The notes: generated by a model not told the origin, from the letters alone. A DNA stretch of 64,000 nt from Candidatus Altiarchaeota archaeon (GCA_043813075.1 JBDRLL010000020.1:1-64000), one strand, 5' to 3'. Counted from the first letter of the stretch, positions 26,383-35,363 are shown. A program made the numbers and translations.

Positions 26383-27272
26383 TGTAACCCGTATTCCTTG
26401 AGCTCCCTCTTCAATAAGTGCACCTGCTTTTCATCCAGCGCAGAAGGGTCTATGGATACGACAAGCCTGCTATCGTGCTGTACCACAACATCCTTTACCG
26501 ATTGTATCATCCGTATCACGTCCTCAAACTTGTTGTGCATTATCAGGTATTCAACACCATCCAAGAGCACAATCCCGTCATCTGTCGTTGACACAAACTC
26601 CTTTATGGTCTGGCTCAGTCCTATCATGCTCGTGGGCTCTATACTATCATCATAACCCTTCTCCCTGGTCAGCCATATGATGGGCGTCTTCAATAGATTG
26701 TATTTATCCCTGATTTTTGGCGGGTAATTGCGTGTAATACATAGTCCGTGTATCCCGTGTTTCACAAGGTCTGAGAACAACTCCAGCGCGGAAATGCTCT
26801 CAGGACTAGACTCCTCTATTATGTGGCTTGAACCAGGATTCACCTTATACTTGGCTTCACCGAGACCCTCCTCATCATTCGCACTCTCCACCAGCATGAA
26901 CTTGTATTTCACCTTACTATCCCCCATCCTACTGTAGAGAAGGTAGCCTCCCACTGTTATCGACACCGCTATCAGCGTCCTGCTAACAGACCCTATCATG
27001 CTGAACGTGGAGACATTTACTCTGAAGCTCTGGTAAAGCCCCAAATTCATGTTGGCGCTGCTGAACATCATCGGAAGGTCTGAGAGATTCAACAACAGTA
27101 TCATGAGGACAGACACGAATATCCACACCCACCCTATGTTCTCCTTCCCAGAGAGGTTGAAGTGCTTGAAAAGCCTGGTCCAATAAACCACGGCGAGAAA
27201 AGACAAGAGTATAGTCAGAATATTAAAGTACAATTCCGTATTCGACAGAAGCAAAGACTTGTATACTATCAT
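26379..27272 (-). CDS. Membrane protein with a C-terminal DUF835 (inactive KaiC-like) domain
   Basis: Three N-terminal TM helices, then GLCITR.YP, IIWLT, VLLDGVEYLIMHNKF and IDPSALDEKQVHLL. Confidence 0.88.
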   Translation of the reverse strand: MIVYKSLLLSNTELYFNILTILLSFLAVVYWTRLFKHFNLSGKENIGWVWIFVSVLMILLLNLSDLPMMFSSANMNLGLYQSFRVNVSTFSMIGSVSRTLIAVSITVGGYLLYSRMGDSKVKYKFMLVESANDEEGLGEAKYKVNPGSSHIIEESSPESISALELFSDLVKHGIHGLCITRNYPPKIRDKYNLLKTPIIWLTREKGYDDSIEPTSMIGLSQTIKEFVSTTDDGIVLLDGVEYLIMHNKFEDVIRMIQSVKDVVVQHDSRLVVSIDPSALDEKQVHLLKRELKEYGLQ

Positions 27273-27305
27273 CCCATATTAATTTTAACTTGAACATATT
27301 TAAGC

Positions 27306-27932
27306 ATGAGCTTGATAATAGCCTTAGACTTTGACGGCACCCTCGTGGATTCAGTTGAAAGCATATGGCTAGAGTTCCAGCGCGTCATTGAAGCAATGGA
27401 CCTGCCCAAAATATCCTATGATGACTTCAAACAACAACTCGGCAAGGTATGGGACAATGTACTGACTGGTTTGTGGCCTGGCATAAACATCCAGGAATTC
27501 AACAGGAATTACCGTGTCGAGGCTGAAAAGCCCATCCCCATCCGCGGGGTCCACACTGCGTTAAAAAAGCTTGAAGACCATTATCCGCTCGTAATACTGA
27601 CGTCGAGGGGCGAGGACACTCTAATCAAGCACCTCGAGCTTACGGGATTCACCACAACCGCCTTCGACGGCATATACCACCGCGACAACCTACCCTATCA
27701 CAAGCCTGACCCAGAGGCCTTGCTGTCTGTCTGCGGGGACTACTCTGTTGATGCGGAAGACCTGTTGTATGTTGGGGACTCGCTAGTCGACTTCGAGTGC
27801 GCTATGAATGCTGGAACGCGTTTTGTCGGAGTGCTTACTGGCGCGGCATCAGGCAGCGACTTCACTGAAAAAGGAGTGGCTGACGTCATAGACTCTGTCA
27901 CTTACCTGCCCGGGTTTCTGGGCCTGGAATGA
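27306..27932 (+). CDS. HAD-superfamily hydrolase (phosphoglycolate-phosphatase-like)
   Basis: LDFDGTLVDS, LTSR, KPDP and YVGDS. Confidence 0.92.
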   Translation: MSLIIALDFDGTLVDSVESIWLEFQRVIEAMDLPKISYDDFKQQLGKVWDNVLTGLWPGINIQEFNRNYRVEAEKPIPIRGVHTALKKLEDHYPLVILTSRGEDTLIKHLELTGFTTTAFDGIYHRDNLPYHKPDPEALLSVCGDYSVDAEDLLYVGDSLVDFECAMNAGTRFVGVLTGAASGSDFTEKGVADVIDSVTYLPGFLGLE

Positions 27933-28390
27933 TCCCTCACAGGCTTTCCCCCAGCTCCATCAATGCACCTACTATCCACTCTACCCTCAGAGCCCTCGAA
28001 GATTCTCATAAACTCGCTAGGCTTCACTATCCTCGCTCCAGAAAAAACATCCAGGTCAAGCAGGTGATGGTCGCTAGTCACGATATAATCCGCCCCGGCT
28101 GCCTCAGCCGCCTCCAGGAAACGGTTGTCGCTCTTGTCAGGGCATAAACTCACCCTTCTGGCAGGAACTACCTTCCTCGCATGCTGGTAGTACCTTATCA
28201 CCTTGTCCAGGTACTCCTTCCCCGGCTTCACCTTCTCCAGTATGAACAGGTTCTCATCTTTTATCTCAAAAGTGTAGACAGCGTTCACCTTATCCTCAAG
28301 GACAAGGTCTATTATACTGTTGCTGCTGCTCCTAGGATTCCACCTGCCTGCGATGAAGAGATTAGTGTCCACCACGATAATCGGCTTCAC
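27902..28390 (-). CDS. PIN-domain protein (PIN_3 / putative toxin family)
   Basis: VVDTNLFIAG, DKSDNRFLEAA and YIVTSDHHLL. GTGA overlap with trm1. Confidence 0.88.
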   Translation of the reverse strand: MKPIIVVDTNLFIAGRWNPRSSSNSIIDLVLEDKVNAVYTFEIKDENLFILEKVKPGKEYLDKVIRYYQHARKVVPARRVSLCPDKSDNRFLEAAEAAGADYIVTSDHHLLDLDVFSGARIVKPSEFMRIFEGSEGRVDSRCIDGAGGKPVRDHSRPRNPGR

Positions 28391-29478
28391 TTCAAAACAC
28401 CCTTCAAGTCATTAACCGTCCCCTCGGTCTTCACGCCATTCATGTTATAGTGAGTCCTAAAAGACTTAAAACCGGCCTCTTCAAGACGCTCGAAGATAAC
28501 ATCCCTCCGGGGGACAGACACTCCCGCATTAGAAGCGACCTTATGGACGTCGTAATACGGCTTGAACACGCCCTGCTCCCCACTCACAAGGCCGACAATC
28601 CCAACGGCATCACGTTTAGTGGCGTACTCGCATGCGAGAAGCTCCTCCATCACGCGTTCACAGAGACTCTCATCAGCCGTAGCACCAGCCCATAAGGGCC
28701 CCGCAAAACCCGCTCCACCGCACGAGCAAACAGAATCCCCCCAGCCCAAATACCCCCTCTCAAGGCATTTAAAGCAGTGCTGGAGGTACATCATCGACTT
28801 TAGCGTGCCGTCCACAACACCACCCCGCCGTGAAACCTGGATTATCGACCTCATGTAATGCCTTGTCGAATGCGAGAACAAGACTCTCACCCCGAAGCCA
28901 TGCCTCAAGGCAGTCCTCGCCGCAAAGCCCACCAGTATCCTCAAGCCAACCTCGTTATAACAGTCACTCCTGAGGGGCTGCGCGTCATACTTCCTCCTGC
29001 AGGCCCTAGGGTACGTCCCAGACAATGCCGACGTGTCAGTGGCAGTGAAGGCAACAAAACCCCTGTCCACGATGGACTGGAATACTGAATCCATGAATCC
29101 CACTGGAGGTCCGAAAGGGTCCACGTCGATGAAGCTGAACCTCCTACCCGCGAGAAGCTGCCGAGCGTCCAGCCGCGTGACTTCAGCCTCCACGCCATTC
29201 AACGACAGGTTATCCTCAGCCAGCTTTACGGCGCTAGGGTTAAGGTCGTTTATGACCGCTGGTATCCCAGCCTCGACAACAGCCCTGACGCCCCTCGCTC
29301 CTGACGCAGAGAGCAGGTCGCAGTAGTCCACCGGCTTCAACACCTTCAATGCGGCGACTGTGATGTCCCTGCTCAACTGCATCTCCGGGTTGTAGAACAC
29401 TTCATTGCTCTTCAAAAGCCTGTCCGCTACAGGAACCCTCAGCCTCGTCCCCCCTTCAACGACCGTCGCGTACTCCAT
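28387..29478 (-). CDS. trm1: tRNA (guanine-26 N2) dimethyltransferase
   Basis: VFYNPEMQLSRD, SASGARGVR, NDLN, IDVDPFG, TATDT..L.G, EVGLRIL and GPLWAG. The start was moved to ATG 29478. Confidence 0.93.
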   Translation of the reverse strand: MEYATVVEGGTRLRVPVADRLLKSNEVFYNPEMQLSRDITVAALKVLKPVDYCDLLSASGARGVRAVVEAGIPAVINDLNPSAVKLAEDNLSLNGVEAEVTRLDARQLLAGRRFSFIDVDPFGPPVGFMDSVFQSIVDRGFVAFTATDTSALSGTYPRACRRKYDAQPLRSDCYNEVGLRILVGFAARTALRHGFGVRVLFSHSTRHYMRSIIQVSRRGGVVDGTLKSMMYLQHCFKCLERGYLGWGDSVCSCGGAGFAGPLWAGATADESLCERVMEELLACEYATKRDAVGIVGLVSGEQGVFKPYYDVHKVASNAGVSVPRRDVIFERLEEAGFKSFRTHYNMNGVKTEGTVNDLKGVLK

Positions 29479-29520
29479 CGCTATTATTCTTATACTAACC
29501 ATTTTATATACTAGTTGCAT

Positions 29521-30087
29521 ATGAAAATCGTTGTTGCGATAACAGGAGCTTCAGGCGTTGTGATAGGCCAGCGTCTTCTGGAAGAACTCTCCAAGAAGGG
29601 CGTCGAAACCCACCTAATCGTGTCTTCAGGAGCCGCTGATGTCGCTGAATTCGAGGAATGCGTTGGCGTGGAAGAGATAAAGTCACTTGCCTCCTCAGTA
29701 TACGACGAGCACGACCTTACGTCCAGGCTCGCGAGCTCCTCCTTCATAGTCGACGCCATGGTCATCGTGCCATGTAGCATGAAGACGCTTTCCGCTGTAG
29801 CCAACGGCTTCTCAGACAACCTGATAACCCGCGCGGCAGAGAACGTGTTGAAGATGAAGTGGAAGATGATAGTGGTCCCGAGGGACACCCCACTATCCCT
29901 AGCGGCCATAGAGAACATGAGGAAACTCAAACTTTCAGGTGCGATTATAATGCCCCCAAACCTCGCGTACTACAGCAAGCCCAAGACGATGTCTGACGCA
30001 ACCGACTTCATTGTCGGCAAGATAATGGATGCGCTCGGCATAGGGCACAGCCTCTACCTAAAGTGGGGTGATTCAGACGAGCCCTGA
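29521..30087 (+). CDS. ubiX: Flavin prenyltransferase
   Basis: VAITGASG, LASSS, PCSMKTLS, DNLITRAA, RDTP and IMPP. Confidence 0.93.
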   Translation: MKIVVAITGASGVVIGQRLLEELSKKGVETHLIVSSGAADVAEFEECVGVEEIKSLASSVYDEHDLTSRLASSSFIVDAMVIVPCSMKTLSAVANGFSDNLITRAAENVLKMKWKMIVVPRDTPLSLAAIENMRKLKLSGAIIMPPNLAYYSKPKTMSDATDFIVGKIMDALGIGHSLYLKWGDSDEP

Positions 30088-30658
30088 AGAAAGGTTCAGG
30101 CTCCTGCTTGAGAAGGCGGAGACAGAGTCAGCGAAGGCGGAGCACATATCACCAGCCCACGGCGCAGACCACCTACAGAGGGTGTGGAACAGGTGCATGA
30201 CACTGTCAGAGAAGTTAGGGGGAGACCTTGAAGTCCTGGCTGCAGCGGCAGCACTACACGACCTAGGGCGGCATTATGGTCTGGAAGTCCACGGCGAGAA
30301 GAGCGCTGAACTCGCCGCTCCAATACTGTCTAAAACCGGGTTCCCGCGCGAGAAGACTCTCCTCGTCTTGGATGCCATACGCTTCCATGACGTGACCACC
30401 CCGCCAGGGAGCCGTAAGAGCATGGAGTCCAGGATACTATACGACGCTGATAAATTGGACAGTTTCGGGGTTCTAGGTGTGATACGGCACATAGTATTCT
30501 ACTACCAGAAGGGGGCTGGAGTCGACTACATACTGGACACGCTCTCAAAGAGGTGGGTGAACCTGCATTTCGAACAGACGCGTGAGATGGGGCGGGAAGA
30601 CTACGAGTACGTCCTGGACTTCTTCAAGAAACTCGGTGACATAGAGGGTGGATGTTAA
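30068..30658 (+). CDS. HD-domain phosphohydrolase
   Basis: HGADHLQRV, ALHDLG, HGEKSA, IRFH and DADKLD. Confidence 0.9.
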   Translation: MIQTSPEERFRLLLEKAETESAKAEHISPAHGADHLQRVWNRCMTLSEKLGGDLEVLAAAAALHDLGRHYGLEVHGEKSAELAAPILSKTGFPREKTLLVLDAIRFHDVTTPPGSRKSMESRILYDADKLDSFGVLGVIRHIVFYYQKGAGVDYILDTLSKRWVNLHFEQTREMGREDYEYVLDFFKKLGDIEGGC

Positions 30659-31319
30659 GGCGGTAGTGTTTGACCTTGAGGGAACGCTCGTCGACATGTT
30701 CGACTCCCACGTCAAAGCATTCAACGAGGTTATGGCCCGGCATTACAACCTCGGGTTCAAAAGCCAAGACCTTCTCATTGGATACGGGATGCATGCCGGC
30801 GACATAATGAGAATATTCCTAAGGCGTAATGGCGTGGATTGTGCTGACTGCACCACTCTTGTAGAAGAGAAGCAGGGGATACTGCGCAGCAAGTATGCTG
30901 GCGACCTCAAAGTGCTGCCGGGCGCCAGACAAATATTGGATGCCCTAAGAAAATCCGGTTTTAAAATCGGCCTGGCATCCAGCTCGCCAGGCAGGAACGT
31001 TGAATTCATGCTCAGGAACCCTGGCTTAAGGCCTTACTTCGACGCTGTTGCGGTGGCGGAGGACGTGGAAAAAGCCAAGCCCAACCCGGCCGTATTCCTC
31101 AAGGCCGCTGAACTGCTTGGCTTGAACCCCCGTGAGTGCGTGGCTGTGGAAGACTCTGTTCATGGCGTTGAAGCAGCCAAAAAAGCGGGGATGATGGTTA
31201 TAGGGGTAACAACCGGGCAGGGCACGATGGAAGAGCTTGATGCGGCGGGCGCAGACTTGATTGTAGCGTCCCTAGAGTCCCTGACAGCCGAAGCGGTGGC
31301 ATCCATCGGCTTTAAATAA
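30648..31319 (+). CDS. HAD-superfamily phosphatase (beta-PGM/CbbY-like)
   Basis: FDLEGTLVD, LASSS, KPNP and VEDS.HGVEAA. Confidence 0.92.
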   Translation: MDVKAVVFDLEGTLVDMFDSHVKAFNEVMARHYNLGFKSQDLLIGYGMHAGDIMRIFLRRNGVDCADCTTLVEEKQGILRSKYAGDLKVLPGARQILDALRKSGFKIGLASSSPGRNVEFMLRNPGLRPYFDAVAVAEDVEKAKPNPAVFLKAAELLGLNPRECVAVEDSVHGVEAAKKAGMMVIGVTTGQGTMEELDAAGADLIVASLESLTAEAVASIGFK

Positions 31320-31342
31320 ACCCGCTCTCATGAATTAACACA

Positions 31343-31492
31343 ATGGCTTCTGACAAATCAGTAGTCGAACCCTGGAAGTGTTCATTCTGCGGGAACACCA
31401 ACCCTCCAGGCTCCAAGACTTGCGGCATATGCCGGTCAGGCAAGGACGAGTCAGACAAGTATGTGAGCAAAGGTGGTGTAGGCCGTTTCTAA
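31343..31492 (+). CDS. RanBP2-type zinc-finger microprotein (49 aa); not in the ORF track
   Basis: Hand translation MASDKSVVEPWKCSFCGNTNPPGSKTCGICRSGKDESDKYVSKGGVGRF matches W-x-C-x2-C-x3-N-x6-C-x2-C. TTTAAATA lies at 31311-31318. Confidence 0.85.
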   Translation: MASDKSVVEPWKCSFCGNTNPPGSKTCGICRSGKDESDKYVSKGGVGRF

Positions 31493-31528
31493 CCCTTTTA
31501 TTACCATATCATCCAATGGTTAATCGTC

Positions 31529-32005
31529 ATGGAGTTCAACGCCCTTGAAGTCCTCGAGACTGCTATGCGTCTGGAAAAGGATGGACTTAGATTCTACAAG
31601 CAGGCTTCTGAAATGTTCGACGACACGCTCGTGAAGTCTGTGTTCAAGAAGCTCGCGGAAGACGAGAAGCATCATCTCGACACCCTCGAAGCCCAGTACG
31701 AGTCGCTCGCAAGATTCGAGACATGGATGGTGTTCCAGGAGTTGTACAAGGGTGATGAGGAGTCTGAGGCAGTGAAGCCTAAGATACTAGACGAGGAAAA
31801 GCTCCACCACATGATAAGCGACGGAATGACTCCCAAACAGGCCGTTAAGGTGGGTATCAAGCTGGAGGAGGATTCCCTACACTACTACTCTAAGAATGCC
31901 AGGGATTGTGACGAGGAGCAGGGCAGGGAGATGTTTAAAAAGCTTGTCGAATTCGAGAAGCAGCATCTGGATGAACTGAAGAAGCTTCTTAAGAAGATGG
32001 GGTGA
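31529..32005 (+). CDS. Ferritin-like / rubrerythrin-family protein without a rubredoxin domain
   Basis: Duplicated E..G..FY...EKHH and E..S..YY...EKQH diiron motifs. Confidence 0.88.
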   Translation: MEFNALEVLETAMRLEKDGLRFYKQASEMFDDTLVKSVFKKLAEDEKHHLDTLEAQYESLARFETWMVFQELYKGDEESEAVKPKILDEEKLHHMISDGMTPKQAVKVGIKLEEDSLHYYSKNARDCDEEQGREMFKKLVEFEKQHLDELKKLLKKMG

Positions 32006-32233
32006 TCACTGCCCCTTCTCAGCCACCACATGTCCTTCAGACCATTTTGGCGCTAATTTCTCCATCTTACCGGTGAATCCTTCGGTTCTGACAGGCTTGG
32101 AGTCTGGCCTAGTCACGTTCCTCAAGTCCATCACATAGTGGGTCTCCTCTGTCTCCGGAACGTTCTTAAGCTTGTCTGAGAACTCGTCTATTATCCTCAT
32201 GCCCTCCTTCCTTATCTTCTCAGGATCTAGCAT
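32006..32233 (-). CDS. gatC: Asp-tRNA(Asn)/Glu-tRNA(Gln) amidotransferase subunit C, archaeal type
   Basis: EKIRKEG..IIDEFS..L, ETHYV.DL.NVTRPD and APK...GHVVAEKG. Confidence 0.8.
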   Translation of the reverse strand: MLDPEKIRKEGMRIIDEFSDKLKNVPETEETHYVMDLRNVTRPDSKPVRTEGFTGKMEKLAPKWSEGHVVAEKGQ

Positions 32234-32262
32234 CAAATACTTATCGCAGTGAGCGTTAAAAA

Positions 32263-32505
32263 CTATTCGTAGATTATTCTGTCGATGATGCAGTCGCTCC
32301 CATCAACCAGCTCTATGCTCAAGGAGACCCCATCCAGCGGAGTGTCATGTGCGACTAGCTTGTACGCCTCCTCAAGTTCGCTGGCGTCAGTGAACACGCG
32401 TCTCCCGCATTTGACTCGTATCTCCCTTATCCTCCTGCCGCCCGTATCCCTACACCCACCAATCACTTTCCTGACAAGTTCCTCGGCTATGGAGAATCCG
32501 TGCAT
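32263..32505 (-). CDS. hypA: Short HypA-like nickel chaperone lacking the zinc-finger domain
   Basis: MHGFSIAEEL start, IREIRVKCG, TPLDGVSLSIE and C-terminal G...IDRIIYE. No CxxC pairs. Confidence 0.7.
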   Translation of the reverse strand: MHGFSIAEELVRKVIGGCRDTGGRRIREIRVKCGRRVFTDASELEEAYKLVAHDTPLDGVSLSIELVDGSDCIIDRIIYE

Positions 32506-32538
32506 GGTATTTAATGGGTGTGTCGTTAAATAAAGTCT

Positions 32539-33006
32539 ATGACTGATTTGGAAGTCCTCTTCTCAGGGAGGGTCAGCGTAGTGTGCGTTGGCAACGAGTT
32601 GAACGGCGACGACGCATTCGGGCCGCAAGTCTTCAGATTACTCCAACCAATCGATGATGATGAAATGCAGTTGATACCCGCATCAACTGTTCCCGAGAAC
32701 TTCATCGGCGAGATAATGGACTTCAAGCCAGCCCGTGTTGTGGTAATCGATGCTGGCGACTTTGGCGGCAGTCCAGGTGAATTAAGGTCCTTTGAAGTGG
32801 GCGAGCTAGAGGCCTTCAACGTGTCCACCCACAGGATGCCGTTGAAGCTGTTTACAAGGCGTTTCACTGACAATGGCATAAGCGTCCACTTTATCAGCGT
32901 CCAGGCCTCCAGGACTGTCGTTGGAGAGCCTCTGAGTCATGAAGTAGGGAAATCAGCCGCGATACTATCGGATTTGATCGAAAAAACAAGGGAAAAGCAG
33001 CGGTAG
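32539..33006 (+). CDS. hycI: Hydrogenase maturation endopeptidase (HycI type)
   Basis: VGNELNGDDAFG, TVPEN, VIDA and STHRMPL. Confidence 0.9.
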   Translation: MTDLEVLFSGRVSVVCVGNELNGDDAFGPQVFRLLQPIDDDEMQLIPASTVPENFIGEIMDFKPARVVVIDAGDFGGSPGELRSFEVGELEAFNVSTHRMPLKLFTRRFTDNGISVHFISVQASRTVVGEPLSHEVGKSAAILSDLIEKTREKQR

Positions 33007-33061
33007 AAGCCATCCGGGTCATTTATTTTTTCTTAATTAAATACTATCTCAGGTGATTGAG

Positions 33062-33778
33062 ATGACTAATCTATCAGACATATCAGGATCCGGGAAACTG
33101 GTTGAAATACTGCGTGAACACGTCGTAGAGCCGATAAAAAACAACGAACCCGGCGCCGGAAGGAGGATTATAATATACGGCCCGCCTGGAACCGGGAAGA
33201 CGTTTGTCGCAAAAGCGATAGCAGGCGAACTCGGGCTTGAATTCATGAGGATAAGCCCCTCAGACAGCCCCCAATACGTCGGCGACACTGTAGCGTCCGC
33301 GTCAAACAGGACACTCCTCTTCTACGACGAGATTGAGAAGGTAATGGATAATCCCCTGCTCACCGACTCCATACGGCAGATGCCCAAGGATGTCACAGTA
33401 ATCGGGGCCACAAACTTTCCCTGGAAGATAAGCAGACTCGCCAATGAAGGCTTCAACAGCCTAGTCTTCCTGCCTGAACCAGACTTCGAGGCCCGTAAAG
33501 GCATACTGAAACACTTCCTGAAGGATGATGCGGAATCCGTCGACTTGGACCGGATAGCTGAGATGACTGAAGGATGCACTGCCGCAGGCCTATACAAGAT
33601 ATGCAACCTGGCTAAAGGCAAGGAAACTATAATCTCCGAGAGCGTGTACGAGACGGCTTCGAACTACACCCCGACCACCATAAAGAACTGGCTTATCGAG
33701 CTGAAGGCTAACAAGGGAAGCATGGACGAAGAGTCTTTCAAGCCAATGTTCGACTGGCTTAAAAAGAAGTCCGGCTAA
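33062..33778 (+). CDS. Minimal single-domain AAA ATPase (Vps4/Cdc48-like core)
   Basis: Walker A GPPGTGKT, Walker B LFYDE and sensor-1 GATNFPW. RBS AGGTGA precedes the start (GTG 33053 is an alternative). Confidence 0.82.
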   Translation: MTNLSDISGSGKLVEILREHVVEPIKNNEPGAGRRIIIYGPPGTGKTFVAKAIAGELGLEFMRISPSDSPQYVGDTVASASNRTLLFYDEIEKVMDNPLLTDSIRQMPKDVTVIGATNFPWKISRLANEGFNSLVFLPEPDFEARKGILKHFLKDDAESVDLDRIAEMTEGCTAAGLYKICNLAKGKETIISESVYETASNYTPTTIKNWLIELKANKGSMDEESFKPMFDWLKKKSG

Positions 33779-33830
33779 ACCATCCTTACTGAAGCGAGAT
33801 AAGAGGGGGCGGTCCAAAGCATAGTGTTCA

Positions 33831-34124
33831 CTAGCAGCGAGGCGGACCAGTATGCCCATTGCATGCTGACCCCGACGACAGAACCGCATAATTTATCGAA
33901 TGGAATACCACAACTCCCGTAAGCCCTGGAGGGAAGAATAACGCCGGCAAGACTAGACTGGCGTAACCCCCCATGCTGCAGGCGCTAGACAACCTAAGTG
34001 CAAAGCTGTCAAAGACGATGCCCGCGCAGTCTGTCATGAAACGGTTCCAGAATACTAGAAAACCAAGCAGACCATACAACCCGCCGAACAGCATGTAGAA
34101 CCTAGTCCCCAAGACGTTCACCAA
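33831..34124 (-). CDS. Small membrane protein at the distal end of the hydrogenase operon
   Basis: Two or three hydrophobic stretches; overlaps the ehbP-like gene; start uncertain. Confidence 0.45.
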   Translation of the reverse strand: MVNVLGTRFYMLFGGLYGLLGFLVFWNRFMTDCAGIVFDSFALRLSSACSMGGYASLVLPALFFPPGLTGVVVFHSINYAVLSSGSACNGHTGPPRC

Positions 34125-34371
34125 CCCTAGCCTTCATCCCATCCAGCTTGTCTTTAAGCGAATCACCATCCCTCACGTATTCGACCAGAAGGCCCTTATC
34201 CGCCAAGTCGTCTATCATACGCCTGCTCAGCATCGGGGCGTCAATCTTCACGTCCTCCCCCAACGGGTTTCCGACGACCACGTCTATGAAATCCATGTCG
34301 CTTATCCTGCTTTCAATAACATATCCCCCCAGGTTGAAGACCAAACCAGATTCAACGATAATCTTGGTCAT
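34102..34371 (-). CDS. ehbP: Energy-converting hydrogenase B subunit P-like
   Basis: NLGGYVIE...DVVVGNP..EDVKIDAP motif; last conserved gene of the operon. Confidence 0.8.
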   Translation of the reverse strand: MTKIIVESGLVFNLGGYVIESRISDMDFIDVVVGNPLGEDVKIDAPMLSRRMIDDLADKGLLVEYVRDGDSLKDKLDGMKARVGERLGD

Positions 34372-35363
34372 AATACCCCTCCAGTCAAAACTGTCAGCAG
34401 CAGTGCAATCAAGCCCACTAAAGTGGATGCAAAAGATACCTTATAAATCTGCTTGAATGTGAAGACCGGGCTGAACGCCCTCATTACTGCAGAGCATGCT
34501 GGCAGCATGATGACCAGGAAAAGATGGGGTAACAGCAGCCCCGGCGACATGAAGTCAAGCGGGATGCCAGCGAATATAGTCACAAAGAGGCTGGACAGGG
34601 TGAAGGATAGCAATCCGCTGAACAAATAATACATGCCCCTCCAGGATGCCGCATACTCCATTAGAGGGCCCTCTATGATGTCGACCTTCGGCTTTATGAT
34701 GTCGAACGGACGGTTGTTCGTGAGTATGTTGAATCCTATGAAATACACTGCCGCAGCGATGATGCCTGGTAGTGAAACAATTGCTGGAGCATCCAGTGAG
34801 AGAACGTCCGGAATGCTGACGCTTTTAGCCATCACAAAAGGCACGAATAATGCGATGTAGAACGGGAAGGAGCCCAACGTAATCATCTTAAGCGCCCTCG
34901 AAGCCCCAACCTCCTCGAAATACCTCGAAGGCACGCCAGAGAACGAAGCGTGCTTGGCCCTGTCGCCACAAGACATTCCCGCGGACATGACAGACCTTGA
35001 GAAGGAGCCCATGGAAACATAGGATGCCTCCTCCACCTTGAGAAGGCCGACCACCCCCAGTATTGAGGAGAAGCCGAGTATGCCCCACCAGTAGGGGGTT
35101 GAGAACAATAGCACCAGGGAGATGCACAGCATCGAGACGATGAGCGAGGCATAGTATACCACTGCATTAGGTGAATTAATCCTAACCCCCCTCTTGAACA
35201 TGAACTTGAGGATGTTCCAGAAGCCTGGCGTAGTTATGGGCGGGCCGTAACGCCGCTGTATCCTCGCGTGTATCTTACGCTCTACCCCCGGGATAATGGT
35301 GGCATAGGCGATGCCGACGACCATCGTCATCACAGAACCTGCTATTACGCTAGCCAGATTCAT
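34368..35363 (-). CDS. ehbO: Hydrogenase membrane subunit, NuoH/HycD-like
   Basis: PGVERKIHARIQRRYGPPITTPG, RPFDI and EGPLMEY; multi-TM. Confidence 0.87.
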   Translation of the reverse strand: MNLASVIAGSVMTMVVGIAYATIIPGVERKIHARIQRRYGPPITTPGFWNILKFMFKRGVRINSPNAVVYYASLIVSMLCISLVLLFSTPYWWGILGFSSILGVVGLLKVEEASYVSMGSFSRSVMSAGMSCGDRAKHASFSGVPSRYFEEVGASRALKMITLGSFPFYIALFVPFVMAKSVSIPDVLSLDAPAIVSLPGIIAAAVYFIGFNILTNNRPFDIIKPKVDIIEGPLMEYAASWRGMYYLFSGLLSFTLSSLFVTIFAGIPLDFMSPGLLLPHLFLVIMLPACSAVMRAFSPVFTFKQIYKVSFASTLVGLIALLLTVLTGGVL

